Source of the DNA: an uncultured Candidatus Micrarchaeota archaeon
GTDB lineage: Archaea; Micrarchaeota; Micrarchaeia; Micrarchaeales; Micrarchaeaceae
Length of the DNA stretch: 64,000 bases
Direction: 5' to 3'
NCBI GenBank assembly: GCA_963741095.1
Contig: CAVUGN010000005.1
Coordinates: 128,001 to 192,000, forward strand
Shown here: positions 39,757-48,780 of the stretch, piece after piece
Layout of the letters: every line of letters starts with the position of its first letter
Position numbering within the stretch: the first letter of the stretch is position 1
Notes under the pieces: model-generated
Told to the model about the DNA's origin: nothing
What the model saw: the letters and a program-made list of their open reading frames with translations, nothing else
Database searches by the model: none
Translations under genes and position numbers: made by a program

Positions 39757-41331
39757 TCAAGCCGAGGTGATGTTCGCCTGCGCTATGCCCTCGCTGGTCA
39801 CGACAACCACACGATAGTTTCCGCCACTTGGCAGCGTGAGGAGCAACCCGCCGCCCATCATCCTCAATGTCCCGTTGTACGAGAGTGTGACGGAGGACTT
39901 CGGCATCAACAGATAGCCGGGCCTTTGCGTTGGCGTCATCATCGATTGTGGTGAGGGCATGAATAACGTTCCGTTCCCGCCCACAAGGAAATCGATGCCA
40001 GGCCAGCGTGTTATGTCCATGCTTTTGTTGATCACGAACATGCGCGCGTATGGCGCACCTATGTCACGTATCAGTATGTTGCCAGAGTGCCCGGGCATCC
40101 TTATCAGAACCGCATTAACCCCGAGGAAGGCGCCAGCTTCGCGGACTGCGGATTCGTTTATCGATACGTCAGAATCGTTGCGGTCGAACGGCCTTGGTCC
40201 CATGCGTCCGCCGGAACCCATCATGCCAGGGTTTGCGGGCGCATTGCCTTGCCATTGCTCGTTCCGGATGTCCGATGCGTTGACTATTGCGGTGCCGTTG
40301 ACGATCACCGCCTCAGGCATCTCGCTCGGAGTCTCGTTGCCGTAGATCATTACTGCCATGACGGTAATGTTGCCAGTGCCGTTGTTGAGCAGATCCAAGT
40401 TGAAGGTGGTGTAATTGCCGGATGAATGCAGAGTCGCACTTTCTATTGCGAGGCTGGCGTTGCCGCCCCTGAAAAGATCCTTGTACTGCTGCACTGAATA
40501 GCGTGCATGCCCCGAATTCTGAGTCGGCAGGGGGGAGTTCGCGTGCAGCCCGGGGTTCGACACCACGGCTGCCCTGAGCGAGGGGAATAGCGCGAACGAG
40601 GTCGAATTCTGCGAGTATGCAGGCACCACCACCGGAGAGAAATCAAGGAGTATGCTGGATGACTTGTTGATTATGTTGTTCTCCGCCTTTGCCACGACCT
40701 GTTTGGTCATGACCTGGACCGGGTAGGTGGCGTTGTCTATGGTTATGCTTGATGAGGTTATGTTGAATCGGACCATGTCGACAGTGGAGTTGGGGGTTAT
40801 CTTCACGTTGCCCAGCACCTGGCTGACGTTTATGAGGCTCATGAGATTCAGGCTTCCTGTCGCATTCACCGAGACCCATTCGGAGCTCCCGCCATAATTG
40901 AGGCGCACGCTCAGCGACGAATAGTTTATGTAAAGCGCCTGAGTGCCGGCCGGAACCTCTGGGGGATCCGTTAGGCTCACGGGTATGTAAACGGACTTGG
41001 AAGAATTGTTCTGCAGGTAAAGGAACGAGGCGCCAACAACGAGCGCGAGGATGACCACGAACGCGCCGGCCTTGAACAGGTTTCCGCTTGTTGCGAACCC
41101 TTCGTCCTTGCTCTTGCGCGGAGCGTTCTCCGAGTTCAGCTTGTAGTATTTCCATTTCTTTACGTAGGGGTTGTCTTTCTGCACTATCGCCCCGGAGACC
41201 TCCAGGTCCTGCAGATGCTTGCTGACAGTCGATGGCGCAAGATCGAGGCGCTGGCTTATGGCGCTCAGGTTGTTGTCGCCCTCGGATATAAGCTTCAGTA
41301 TCTTGTCTTTCGTGCTTCCCTGTTTGGCCAT
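39757..41331 (-). CDS. Membrane-anchored regulator: ArsR-like wHTH + TM helix + extracellular DUF4382-like domain
   Basis: ILKLI....LSAISQRLDLAPSTVSKHLQDL HTH, then a TM helix, then VSLTDPP (DUF4382 signature) and many N-glycosylation sequons. Confidence 0.8.
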   Translation of the reverse strand: MAKQGSTKDKILKLISEGDNNLSAISQRLDLAPSTVSKHLQDLEVSGAIVQKDNPYVKKWKYYKLNSENAPRKSKDEGFATSGNLFKAGAFVVILALVVGASFLYLQNNSSKSVYIPVSLTDPPEVPAGTQALYINYSSLSVRLNYGGSSEWVSVNATGSLNLMSLINVSQVLGNVKITPNSTVDMVRFNITSSSITIDNATYPVQVMTKQVVAKAENNIINKSSSILLDFSPVVVPAYSQNSTSFALFPSLRAAVVSNPGLHANSPLPTQNSGHARYSVQQYKDLFRGGNASLAIESATLHSSGNYTTFNLDLLNNGTGNITVMAVMIYGNETPSEMPEAVIVNGTAIVNASDIRNEQWQGNAPANPGMMGSGGRMGPRPFDRNDSDVSINESAVREAGAFLGVNAVLIRMPGHSGNILIRDIGAPYARMFVINKSMDITRWPGIDFLVGGNGTLFMPSPQSMMTPTQRPGYLLMPKSSVTLSYNGTLRMMGGGLLLTLPSGGNYRVVVVTSEGIAQANITSA

Positions 41332-41455
41332 AAGGAGATTTAGTGCCCACTAATATATATACCTTCATTAAACGTTTCGTTTTTATTTCGTTTTTTTTTT
41401 CAACAGGCAGAGGAATTTCTGTTCTTTTGGCCACGCTGCGCTTTTCGATGTTTCG

Positions 41456-41479
41456 CATTTCGCATCAAAAAGCGAAATG
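41456..41479. promoter_or_regulatory. Palindrome CATTTCGC-N8-GCGAAATG in the divergent promoter region
   Basis: Perfect 8-bp arms just upstream of the TTTATA box at about 41492. Several further TTTCG copies lie in 41375-41460. Confidence 0.55.
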
Positions 41480-41521
41480 TTAGAGATGGTATTTATAGAT
41501 GTTCGCAGCCTAAAGATTGTT

Positions 41522-42238
41522 ATGCCGGGTTATTCGGTAGAGGCGCGCAAGGTCACGAAGGTCTACAGGTCCGGATCCATAGAGGTGGATGCGCTGACCG
41601 ATGTCTCGTTCTCTTTGGAGCAGGGGGATTTTGCTGCGATAGTGGGCCCTTCTGGCAGCGGCAAGTCCACGCTGATGAACATACTCGGCACGATTGACAA
41701 GCCGACCAAGGGCGAAATCTACATCGACGGCGTGCCGACCTCGAAGATGGACGGCAACAAGCTTGCGGAGTTCAGGAACAGGAAACTGGGCTTCATATTC
41801 CAGGCATTCAATCTGATCAACGGGCTTGATGCGGAGAAGAATGCAGAGCTGCCGCTGATGGTTGACCCGATGCCCCAGGGCGAACGCCAGAAGAAGGCGG
41901 ATGCGCTGCTCACCAAACTCGGATTGGGCAACAGGCTGAAGCTGAACCCGACGCAGCTCAGCGGCGGAGAGCAGCAGAGAGTCGCGATCGCAAGGGCGTT
42001 GGTCAGGGATCCCGTGCTGATACTCGCGGACGAGCCGACCGGAGACTTGGATTCGAAGACCAGCGAGGATGTGGTAGAATTGCTCGACAGCATAAGCAGG
42101 GGAGGCAAGGTGACTATAATAATGGTTACTCACAACCTTGACCTGACAAAGTACTGCAACCGCATAATCCACATAAAGGACGGGAGGATAGAGAAGGACG
42201 AGTACCTGAAGGAGAGGCATTCGAAGAAGAGGTTATGA
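41522..42238 (+). CDS. ABC transporter ATP-binding protein (LolD/MacB-type)
   Basis: GPSGSGKST, LSGGEQQRVAIARAL, ADEPTG and VTH motifs. Confidence 0.95.
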   Translation: MPGYSVEARKVTKVYRSGSIEVDALTDVSFSLEQGDFAAIVGPSGSGKSTLMNILGTIDKPTKGEIYIDGVPTSKMDGNKLAEFRNRKLGFIFQAFNLINGLDAEKNAELPLMVDPMPQGERQKKADALLTKLGLGNRLKLNPTQLSGGEQQRVAIARALVRDPVLILADEPTGDLDSKTSEDVVELLDSISRGGKVTIIMVTHNLDLTKYCNRIIHIKDGRIEKDEYLKERHSKKRL

Positions 42239-42258
42239 TTGTAATTTATCGACGGTAG

Positions 42259-43563
42259 ATGAAAATGAAAACAAAAACAATGAAGGCAGGGATAAGGATA
42301 CTGGCTCTTTTTGCGATTCTCACCGCACTGGCAGGAACGATGGCGTTTGCGACCACGAGCGGCCCTACGCCGATCCCGCCCGCGCCCAACTTCCAGATAA
42401 ACACGACGATGAATATACTGTGCAAGGGCGTGACCAACAACATACCTGTGACAATAACTAATTACGGGAATTCTTACAACCCGGTGATGGAAAGCGTGCA
42501 GGTGAGCGTGAGCGGCACCGGACTTGAGGATGTGGGCCCGTCGATAGACATAGCCAACGTGGTCAACAGCGTGACGATAGACATCCCTGTTTTCGTATCA
42601 CAGAGCACACCTGCAACGCTCACGGTTGCGCAGGTTCCGATAAACTACAATTACCTGACCTATTATTCTGACAGCGAGACTAGGACATTGACATTTGAGG
42701 TGGAGAGCTGCCCGTCGCAGCTTGTCATGAACGTCTCCCCGACGGTCTTCGTGACCGGCCTTGTTAACAACGTGACGTTCAGCTTCACCAACACGGGCAA
42801 CACGACGCTGCGGAACATATCGGCCACGATGCAGGCGATCTCGAAGGACGTTGCGCAGGAGGTGCAGTTCCTGGGGGCGCAGCCGATAAGGATAGTCTCG
42901 CTTGCGCCGGGAAGCACGGTCAGGGTGAACCAGACCCTTTACGAGAACGTGTCAAGGACGTTCACGATAAACATGACCGCGGATCTGTTCAACGGCAGCA
43001 AACCGGAGGAGATCCTTAACAGCTTCACAGTGTTCTCGGAGGGCACGATCGACATGGTGCCATCAAGCATAACGGTCTCTCCGGCAAACGTGACTCCAGG
43101 CAGCATATTCTCCACCTCTTTCGTCGTCACCGATACCGGTACGGTCGGTGCATCGGGCGCGACGGCCACGGCAATAGTGCCGAAGGGCTTCAAGGCTTAT
43201 GGTTCAAGTTCCGAGTATCTGGGCGACATACAGACCGACACACAGACGCCGATAAGCATGACGCTGATCGCAAACGCATCAGTGAAGAGCGGTACATACA
43301 TCGTGCCGATAGTGATGACCTACCAGAACAACCTGAAGGACAATCTCAACACCACGATAGACGTGCCAGTGGCTGTTGTGGGCGGCGGCGTGGTCACCAC
43401 GACCGGAGGCCGCACATTCACGTCCAATTCCCCGAATGGCGGAGCGTACGTTAGAAGGAGCGGCGGAATCGGGTTGCTGATCGATGCCGTGCTCCTGATC
43501 GCGGTTGCGGCCCTGGCTTACATGTACCTCAAGGAGAGGAAGAAGACGCACGGCAAAAAGTGA
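42259..43563 (+). CDS. COG1361-like membrane-anchored extracellular (S-layer-domain) protein
   Basis: Signal peptide, repeated NxG beta-sandwich domains and a C-terminal TM with a basic tail. Lies between the ABC ATPase and the permease. Confidence 0.75.
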   Translation: MKMKTKTMKAGIRILALFAILTALAGTMAFATTSGPTPIPPAPNFQINTTMNILCKGVTNNIPVTITNYGNSYNPVMESVQVSVSGTGLEDVGPSIDIANVVNSVTIDIPVFVSQSTPATLTVAQVPINYNYLTYYSDSETRTLTFEVESCPSQLVMNVSPTVFVTGLVNNVTFSFTNTGNTTLRNISATMQAISKDVAQEVQFLGAQPIRIVSLAPGSTVRVNQTLYENVSRTFTINMTADLFNGSKPEEILNSFTVFSEGTIDMVPSSITVSPANVTPGSIFSTSFVVTDTGTVGASGATATAIVPKGFKAYGSSSEYLGDIQTDTQTPISMTLIANASVKSGTYIVPIVMTYQNNLKDNLNTTIDVPVAVVGGGVVTTTGGRTFTSNSPNGGAYVRRSGGIGLLIDAVLLIAVAALAYMYLKERKKTHGKK

Positions 43564-43570
43564 GCAGGCA

Positions 43571-44914
43571 ATGGATATAAAGGACATTTTCTGGATGAGC
43601 TCGAAGCAGCTGAATGAGAAGAGGGTGAGGACTGCGCTCACCATCCTCATGGTAGTCATAGGCGTGGCCTCGATAGTGGCGCTCACCTCCCTGACTGCAG
43701 GAGTGGGCCAGAGCATACAATCGACCCTGTCGTCATTGGGACCCACATCGATAATAGTAACGGCAACCAGCGGCACCGCTTTCACAACCGCGGACGTGTC
43801 CAATCTGGAGACGCTGCCGAACGTGAGCAGCGTGACGCCGATAGTAACCGGATCGGCACAATTGCTGCTGAACGGCAACACATCATCAGTAGAGATAATA
43901 GGCATATCGACAACCGGACTTGGAACTCTTCTCGGGGGCAACGTCAGCCTTTACCAGGGATCGATTTACCAGGACAACGTTGCGCCATTGGCGATCATAG
44001 GCCATGGAATTGCATTCTCGTCATCGACGGACACTAACCTGCAGACCGCGGAGGTGGGCCAGACAGGCACGGTAGAGATAAGCAGCGCCAGCAGGGGCGG
44101 AGTGACATCGAAGGTTGTAGTGCCGGTGGTGGGCATCCTGAACTCTTACACGTCCGTGCTGCCGATAGACAGCAGCGTCATAGTATCCATGCCCTTCGCC
44201 GAGGTTTTGCTTAATCGATTATCATTCAACGAGATACTGATAAAGGCGAAGAACACGAGCAGCGTTACGAGCCTTGCATCGCTCGTCACGACGATATACG
44301 GGAGCAAGGCCAGAGTCACCGACACGGAGTCGCTGGCGAGCACCGCGGCGTCAATAATCGGCGCGATAAGCCTGCTCTTCACGGCGATAGCGGGAGTGTC
44401 GCTGCTCGTGGCTGCCGTAGGAATCATGAACGTTATGCTCATGGCCGTCACCGAACGCGTGCATGAGATAGGCATATTCAAGGCTGTCGGATTCAAGAAC
44501 AGGATGGTGCTGATGATATTCCTCTTCCAGGCCCTGATCATCGGATTCATCGGAGGCGTCATAGGCCTGGGCGTCGGAGCAGGAGCGGCCTACTCGCTAT
44601 CGTCGGTGCTCAGTTCAAAATCTGCAACAAGCACAGCAGGCACGACCACGGGAGCACCCACAACGACTGCATCAAGCTCGTCAGGATTCAGCAGGACAGG
44701 AGGAGGCAGTGCGACCTTCACCGCAGGCGCGGGAGGCACACGACCCCCAACGACAGGTGCGGCCGCTTCGGGATTGTCGATACACCCGGTGTTCACGCTC
44801 GGCGTGATATCAGAGGCGATCATAATAGCGATGGTGGTGAGCGTGCTCGCCGGTGTCTACCCGGCGTGGAAGGCTTCGAAGATGGAGCCCATAGACGCGC
44901 TGAGGCAGCTTTAG
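43571..44914 (+). CDS. ABC transporter permease (MacB/FtsX-type)
   Basis: RTALTIL.VVIGVA, GIMNVMLMAVTERVHEIG and YPAWKASKMEPIDALR motifs. Confidence 0.93.
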   Translation: MDIKDIFWMSSKQLNEKRVRTALTILMVVIGVASIVALTSLTAGVGQSIQSTLSSLGPTSIIVTATSGTAFTTADVSNLETLPNVSSVTPIVTGSAQLLLNGNTSSVEIIGISTTGLGTLLGGNVSLYQGSIYQDNVAPLAIIGHGIAFSSSTDTNLQTAEVGQTGTVEISSASRGGVTSKVVVPVVGILNSYTSVLPIDSSVIVSMPFAEVLLNRLSFNEILIKAKNTSSVTSLASLVTTIYGSKARVTDTESLASTAASIIGAISLLFTAIAGVSLLVAAVGIMNVMLMAVTERVHEIGIFKAVGFKNRMVLMIFLFQALIIGFIGGVIGLGVGAGAAYSLSSVLSSKSATSTAGTTTGAPTTTASSSSGFSRTGGGSATFTAGAGGTRPPTTGAAASGLSIHPVFTLGVISEAIIIAMVVSVLAGVYPAWKASKMEPIDALRQL

Positions 44915-44967
44915 CTCGGTGCGTGATATTAAGGCCGCGATTGCCGCAAAATGAGTGCTGCTATTGC

Positions 44968-45480
44968 TTATTCGGATGTGACCGGAGGATTAAGCACCAG
45001 GTCTAGACCTTCCAGCACACCCCGTATTTTCTGTGCTGCGTTAGAATCCCATCCCTTGTGATGCCCGTAGATTCCCACTTCGATGAAGTTCTCTCTGGGG
45101 CAGTATTTCGTGTAGAGTGATACGAGCGCGTTATCCACTTTGAATTTATCATCCCTGTAGTATATCCCGCTGCCCGCGCGGACGTCTGCGGCCTCATGCT
45201 TTAGGTCCCTCCGCGGGTGCGGTATCCCGTGCGCGTCCTCAAGCTTCGCTTCCATGTCTTCCTGCTTGATCGAAGCGTCGATCCTGAAGAAGAATGAGAT
45301 TGAAGCGTATCCGAACTCATTGTGCTCATAGGTAAGCATGCATATCTTGCCTTTTGGCAGAACATGCTTATCCGATCCGCGCAGGAGCGATGACTCCGAG
45401 TGCTTTGTAGGCATGACATTGTGTATGGCGTTGTCGAACTGACTCGCGACGGATGCGTGCTTAGTGGTTTCTGTTGCCAT
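44968..45480 (-). CDS. Hypothetical protein
   Basis: 170-aa ORF with an upstream TATA-like box. No motif recognised. Confidence 0.6.
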   Translation of the reverse strand: MATETTKHASVASQFDNAIHNVMPTKHSESSLLRGSDKHVLPKGKICMLTYEHNEFGYASISFFFRIDASIKQEDMEAKLEDAHGIPHPRRDLKHEAADVRAGSGIYYRDDKFKVDNALVSLYTKYCPRENFIEVGIYGHHKGWDSNAAQKIRGVLEGLDLVLNPPVTSE

Positions 45481-45577
45481 GTTTTCACTGCTATAAGCAC
45501 AGCATTCTCTGGTTCAGATATTTATACGTTGTTGAGAGAGACGTCCATTGACGAACACTGTTGGATTTGCCCATGGG

Positions 45578-46939
45578 TCAGTCGTTCTCTATGTATTTTA
45601 GAGTGTCCGTGCTGCCGGGTATGTGCGGCGATCCCGAAACGACAATGTAGCGCTTGATGCCATTCCTCTTCGCGATCTCCCTGACTTCGTCGAACATGCG
45701 GTCCACTGTGCCGTACCTCCCTATCACTATCGACCGCACCCCATAGTACAGGCTCAGCCTCTTCTTGACCTTTTCGTTGATCGTGAGCGCTATGAGGTCA
45801 GTGTCCGGCCTGAGCCTCGATATCATCTTGGCGGTGTAGCCAGTCTGTGTGGGGATGAATATGCAGTCGGTCTTGTACTCGTCGGCAAGGTTCGAGGCGG
45901 CGAAGGCGATCCCTCCGTTGATCGAGGTTATCTTCGGGTATTCCTTTGCCAGCGTTGTTGGTATTCCCTCGGCGACCTTCGCGGCCTTTGAGAGGAATCT
46001 CACTGCTTCGACAGGGTGCTTGCCGACAGCAGTCTCATCGCTCAGCATCAGGCAGTCCGCGCCCTGGGCCACTCCGTTCGCGATGTCGTTCACCTCGGCC
46101 CTTGTGGGCGAGAGGTTGTTTATCATGCTGGTGAGGAGCTGCGTTGCGAGTATCGCAGGCTTTCCAAGCCTGCGCGCCGCGCTTATTATTTTCTTCTGAG
46201 CTTCAGGTATGTGCTCCAGGCTCACGCCCATCGCGAGGTCGCCCCTTGCAACCATCACGCCGTCGGCCTCCCTGGCTATTTCATCTATGTTGCGCACCGC
46301 GACCTTTCGCTCTATCTTCGCGACTATCGGCGCATCGCCGCAGGCCCTTCTCATCTTGATTATGTCCTTTCCGGACTTGACGAACGACATGCCTATGAGG
46401 TCGAAATCGTTCTTCAGGACAAATCTGGCGAGGGCCATGTCCGCGCTCGTTGGTGCGGATATGCTCATGTCCGCTCCGATGATGCTTATGCCCTTCCTGC
46501 TTGACATCTTGCCGTCGGCAACCGCCTTCGTTATGACCTTGGTTTTGTCTATCTCGTTTATGCGGAACTTCGCGTCGCCGTCGCCTATGTCCAGATAGGC
46601 TCCAGCCCTTGCGTCCTTGTGGAAGTTCTCGTGCTGCACCAGTATCGTGTTCTTTGTGGGGCTTGACGAGAATATCACAGTCTCGCCTTTCTTCACCATG
46701 ACCGGGGCGTCGAGCGCGCCTATCCTCACCTTCGGACCCGGAAGATCCGCGAGTATTGCGATGTCTTTATGCATGTCAGAGGCCATCCTCTTGATGGTCT
46801 CTGCGGTGGCCGCGCCGTCCTCTTTCTTTGCGTGGGAGAAGTTCACCCGGACTATGTCGGCGTACTTCAGCACCTTCTTCAGCGTGCCGGCCCTGCTTAT
46901 GCTCGGCCCGTAGGTCACGATTATCTTTGTCTTTATCAT
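45578..46939 (-). CDS. pyk: Pyruvate kinase
   Basis: TKIIVTYGP, RVNFSH, DLPGPKVR, AKIE, MVARGDL, ATQ and MLSDETA motifs. Confidence 0.95.
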   Translation of the reverse strand: MIKTKIIVTYGPSISRAGTLKKVLKYADIVRVNFSHAKKEDGAATAETIKRMASDMHKDIAILADLPGPKVRIGALDAPVMVKKGETVIFSSSPTKNTILVQHENFHKDARAGAYLDIGDGDAKFRINEIDKTKVITKAVADGKMSSRKGISIIGADMSISAPTSADMALARFVLKNDFDLIGMSFVKSGKDIIKMRRACGDAPIVAKIERKVAVRNIDEIAREADGVMVARGDLAMGVSLEHIPEAQKKIISAARRLGKPAILATQLLTSMINNLSPTRAEVNDIANGVAQGADCLMLSDETAVGKHPVEAVRFLSKAAKVAEGIPTTLAKEYPKITSINGGIAFAASNLADEYKTDCIFIPTQTGYTAKMISRLRPDTDLIALTINEKVKKRLSLYYGVRSIVIGRYGTVDRMFDEVREIAKRNGIKRYIVVSGSPHIPGSTDTLKYIEND

Positions 46940-47065
46940 GATATCACTGGTTCGTAAATCGCCTATTAAAAATAGCACGAAAACGTATTATGGCTTGCCA
47001 TCATGGGGAAATCCCTGCCCGATGTTATATAAATCCTGACTGCGTAATTTCCTGCAGGGGTTTTT

Positions 47066-47602
47066 ATGAGCATGGTAGACAGAAACGCACCGAATTTTGA
47101 GACGGATGCGTACGTTGATGGGGAGTTCAAAAAAGTTAGATTGGGAGATTACAGGGGGAAATGGGTGGTCTTGTTCTTCTATCCCGCGGACTACACCTTC
47201 GTCTGCCCCACGGAAATAGAGGGATTCGCCAACGAGTACGAGAAGTTCAAGAGCAAGGACTGCGATGTGCTCTCCGTGAGTGCGGACACGGAGTACGTGC
47301 ACATGGCCTGGGCCAAATCCGATCTGAGGATAAAGAAGGTGCGCTACCCGATGCTTGCCGACAGGACCGGGGCGATAGCAAAATCCTATGCGGTGTACAA
47401 TGAGGCCACCGGGAATGCCTTCCGAGGGTTGTTCATCATAAACCCGGACGGAGTGATCAAGTACGAGGTGATAACCGCGGACAGCGTGGGCAGGAGCACC
47501 GAGGAGACGTTCAGGGTTCTTTGCGCACTGCAGAACGGCAGCCTCTGCCCGGTCAACTGGCATGCCGGCGATCCGACGATAGACAAGACGAAAAAGTCTT
47601 GA
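47066..47602 (+). CDS. ahpC: 2-Cys peroxiredoxin (AhpC/TSA)
   Basis: FYPADYTFVCPTE and LCPVNW motifs. Confidence 0.93.
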   Translation: MSMVDRNAPNFETDAYVDGEFKKVRLGDYRGKWVVLFFYPADYTFVCPTEIEGFANEYEKFKSKDCDVLSVSADTEYVHMAWAKSDLRIKKVRYPMLADRTGAIAKSYAVYNEATGNAFRGLFIINPDGVIKYEVITADSVGRSTEETFRVLCALQNGSLCPVNWHAGDPTIDKTKKS

Positions 47603-47703
47603 TCTGAAGGTATCCTGGAATAACCGTGAAAGAGTCCCTCGGTTCTTCGATATCTTTATAAAGTTTGGAAGGGGTATTGTAGTATAGGAATCGTGATGAT
47701 GCG

Positions 47704-48657
47704 ATGGTAGGATCTATCGAAAAAGAGGGACCCAAAACAGGGGGGATTGATAGCAAAAGCATGATACCCGCAGTCAATCGCCTGTTCTCTGACATAGCGA
47801 AGTACAACAGCAACTTCTCGGTAGAATCGGTGTTTACCAGCAGCCTGGATGCGCTGCTTGGGATGGTTGACAAGGACGTCCCTGAAAATTCGAATCCCCT
47901 CAGCGACAAAAAGGAGGACCAGCGGGCGATGGCTTCCGCCCTGGTCATAATGCACAGTGAGACGCTCGACAGGATCGGGCTGGCACTGGAGCAGGTTTCT
48001 GGGAAAACCGCCGTGCTGATCGGCTTTGGCGAGAATATCGGCGACGGCCAGTTGAGGATAAACGTTTCCGACAAGAACAAATTCCTGTCGTTTCTGGAGG
48101 GCCTGGAGCCAAAGCAGATAGAGGATACCGGCCTTAAGCCGAACCTGGAAACCCTGCCGGGCATCCTGGCGCAGCAGATACGGGACAATTACGACCTGAA
48201 GGAGCCCAACGACTATGCACTGCAGCTGCTGAGCGGGTTCGGGCTAATAATAGAGCAGTACAAGAGGCTGGGCATGGCGGATTCGGTCAGCGAATTGGAG
48301 GTCTATCTTGGCCACGCAAAGCAAGGGGACCTTAGGGAATACGTCGCGATAGAGAGGAACAGCCTGTTGTCCAAGCCGAGGGAGGCCTTCGGCCCGGCCG
48401 ATTGGCAGAGGGATTCTACTCCAGAGTACCTTGAGAAGAGGTGGACCAGGGCGCTGAAGCTGCTGAGCGAGACCGAAGCCAATCCGAAGGCACAGGAGCT
48501 TCACCGCCAGCTGGCGGAGCACCTGCTGGATTGTGTGAAGATAGCAATAGCGGACATGCAGTCCATGCCGCGCCGCAATCCGGAGGACGTGATAAAGATG
48601 CGGCAGAAGAGCGAGATCCTCGAAGAGGTCTACAGCAAGCTGAACAAGGATGCGTGA
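47704..48657 (+). CDS. Hypothetical protein
   Basis: 317-aa helical ORF ending next to the tRNA-Thr 3' end. Confidence 0.65.
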   Translation: MVGSIEKEGPKTGGIDSKSMIPAVNRLFSDIAKYNSNFSVESVFTSSLDALLGMVDKDVPENSNPLSDKKEDQRAMASALVIMHSETLDRIGLALEQVSGKTAVLIGFGENIGDGQLRINVSDKNKFLSFLEGLEPKQIEDTGLKPNLETLPGILAQQIRDNYDLKEPNDYALQLLSGFGLIIEQYKRLGMADSVSELEVYLGHAKQGDLREYVAIERNSLLSKPREAFGPADWQRDSTPEYLEKRWTRALKLLSETEANPKAQELHRQLAEHLLDCVKIAIADMQSMPRRNPEDVIKMRQKSEILEEVYSKLNKDA

Positions 48658-48664
48658 TTGCAAA

Positions 48665-48736
48665 AGCCCTGGAAGGGAATTGGACCCTCGACCTATCGCT
48701 TACAAGACGATCGCTCTACCACTGAGCTACCAGGGC
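48665..48736 (-). tRNA. tRNA-Thr(TGT)
   Basis: Reverse complement GCCCTGGTAGCTCAGTGGTAGAGCGATCGT-CTTGTAA-GCGAT..GAGGGTCCAATTCCCTTCCAGGGC-T, anticodon TGT. Confidence 0.92.
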
Positions 48737-48780
48737 ATTGGTAAAATAGAATTGACGTTTTTGTATAAATCCTTTTGCTT

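Noticed and set aside
47660-47680. Possible att duplication of the tRNA-Thr 3' end (TGGAAGGG) bracketing the 47704-48657 ORF
   Set aside because: Only 8 bp match exactly and no integrase is present, so it is indistinguishable from chance.
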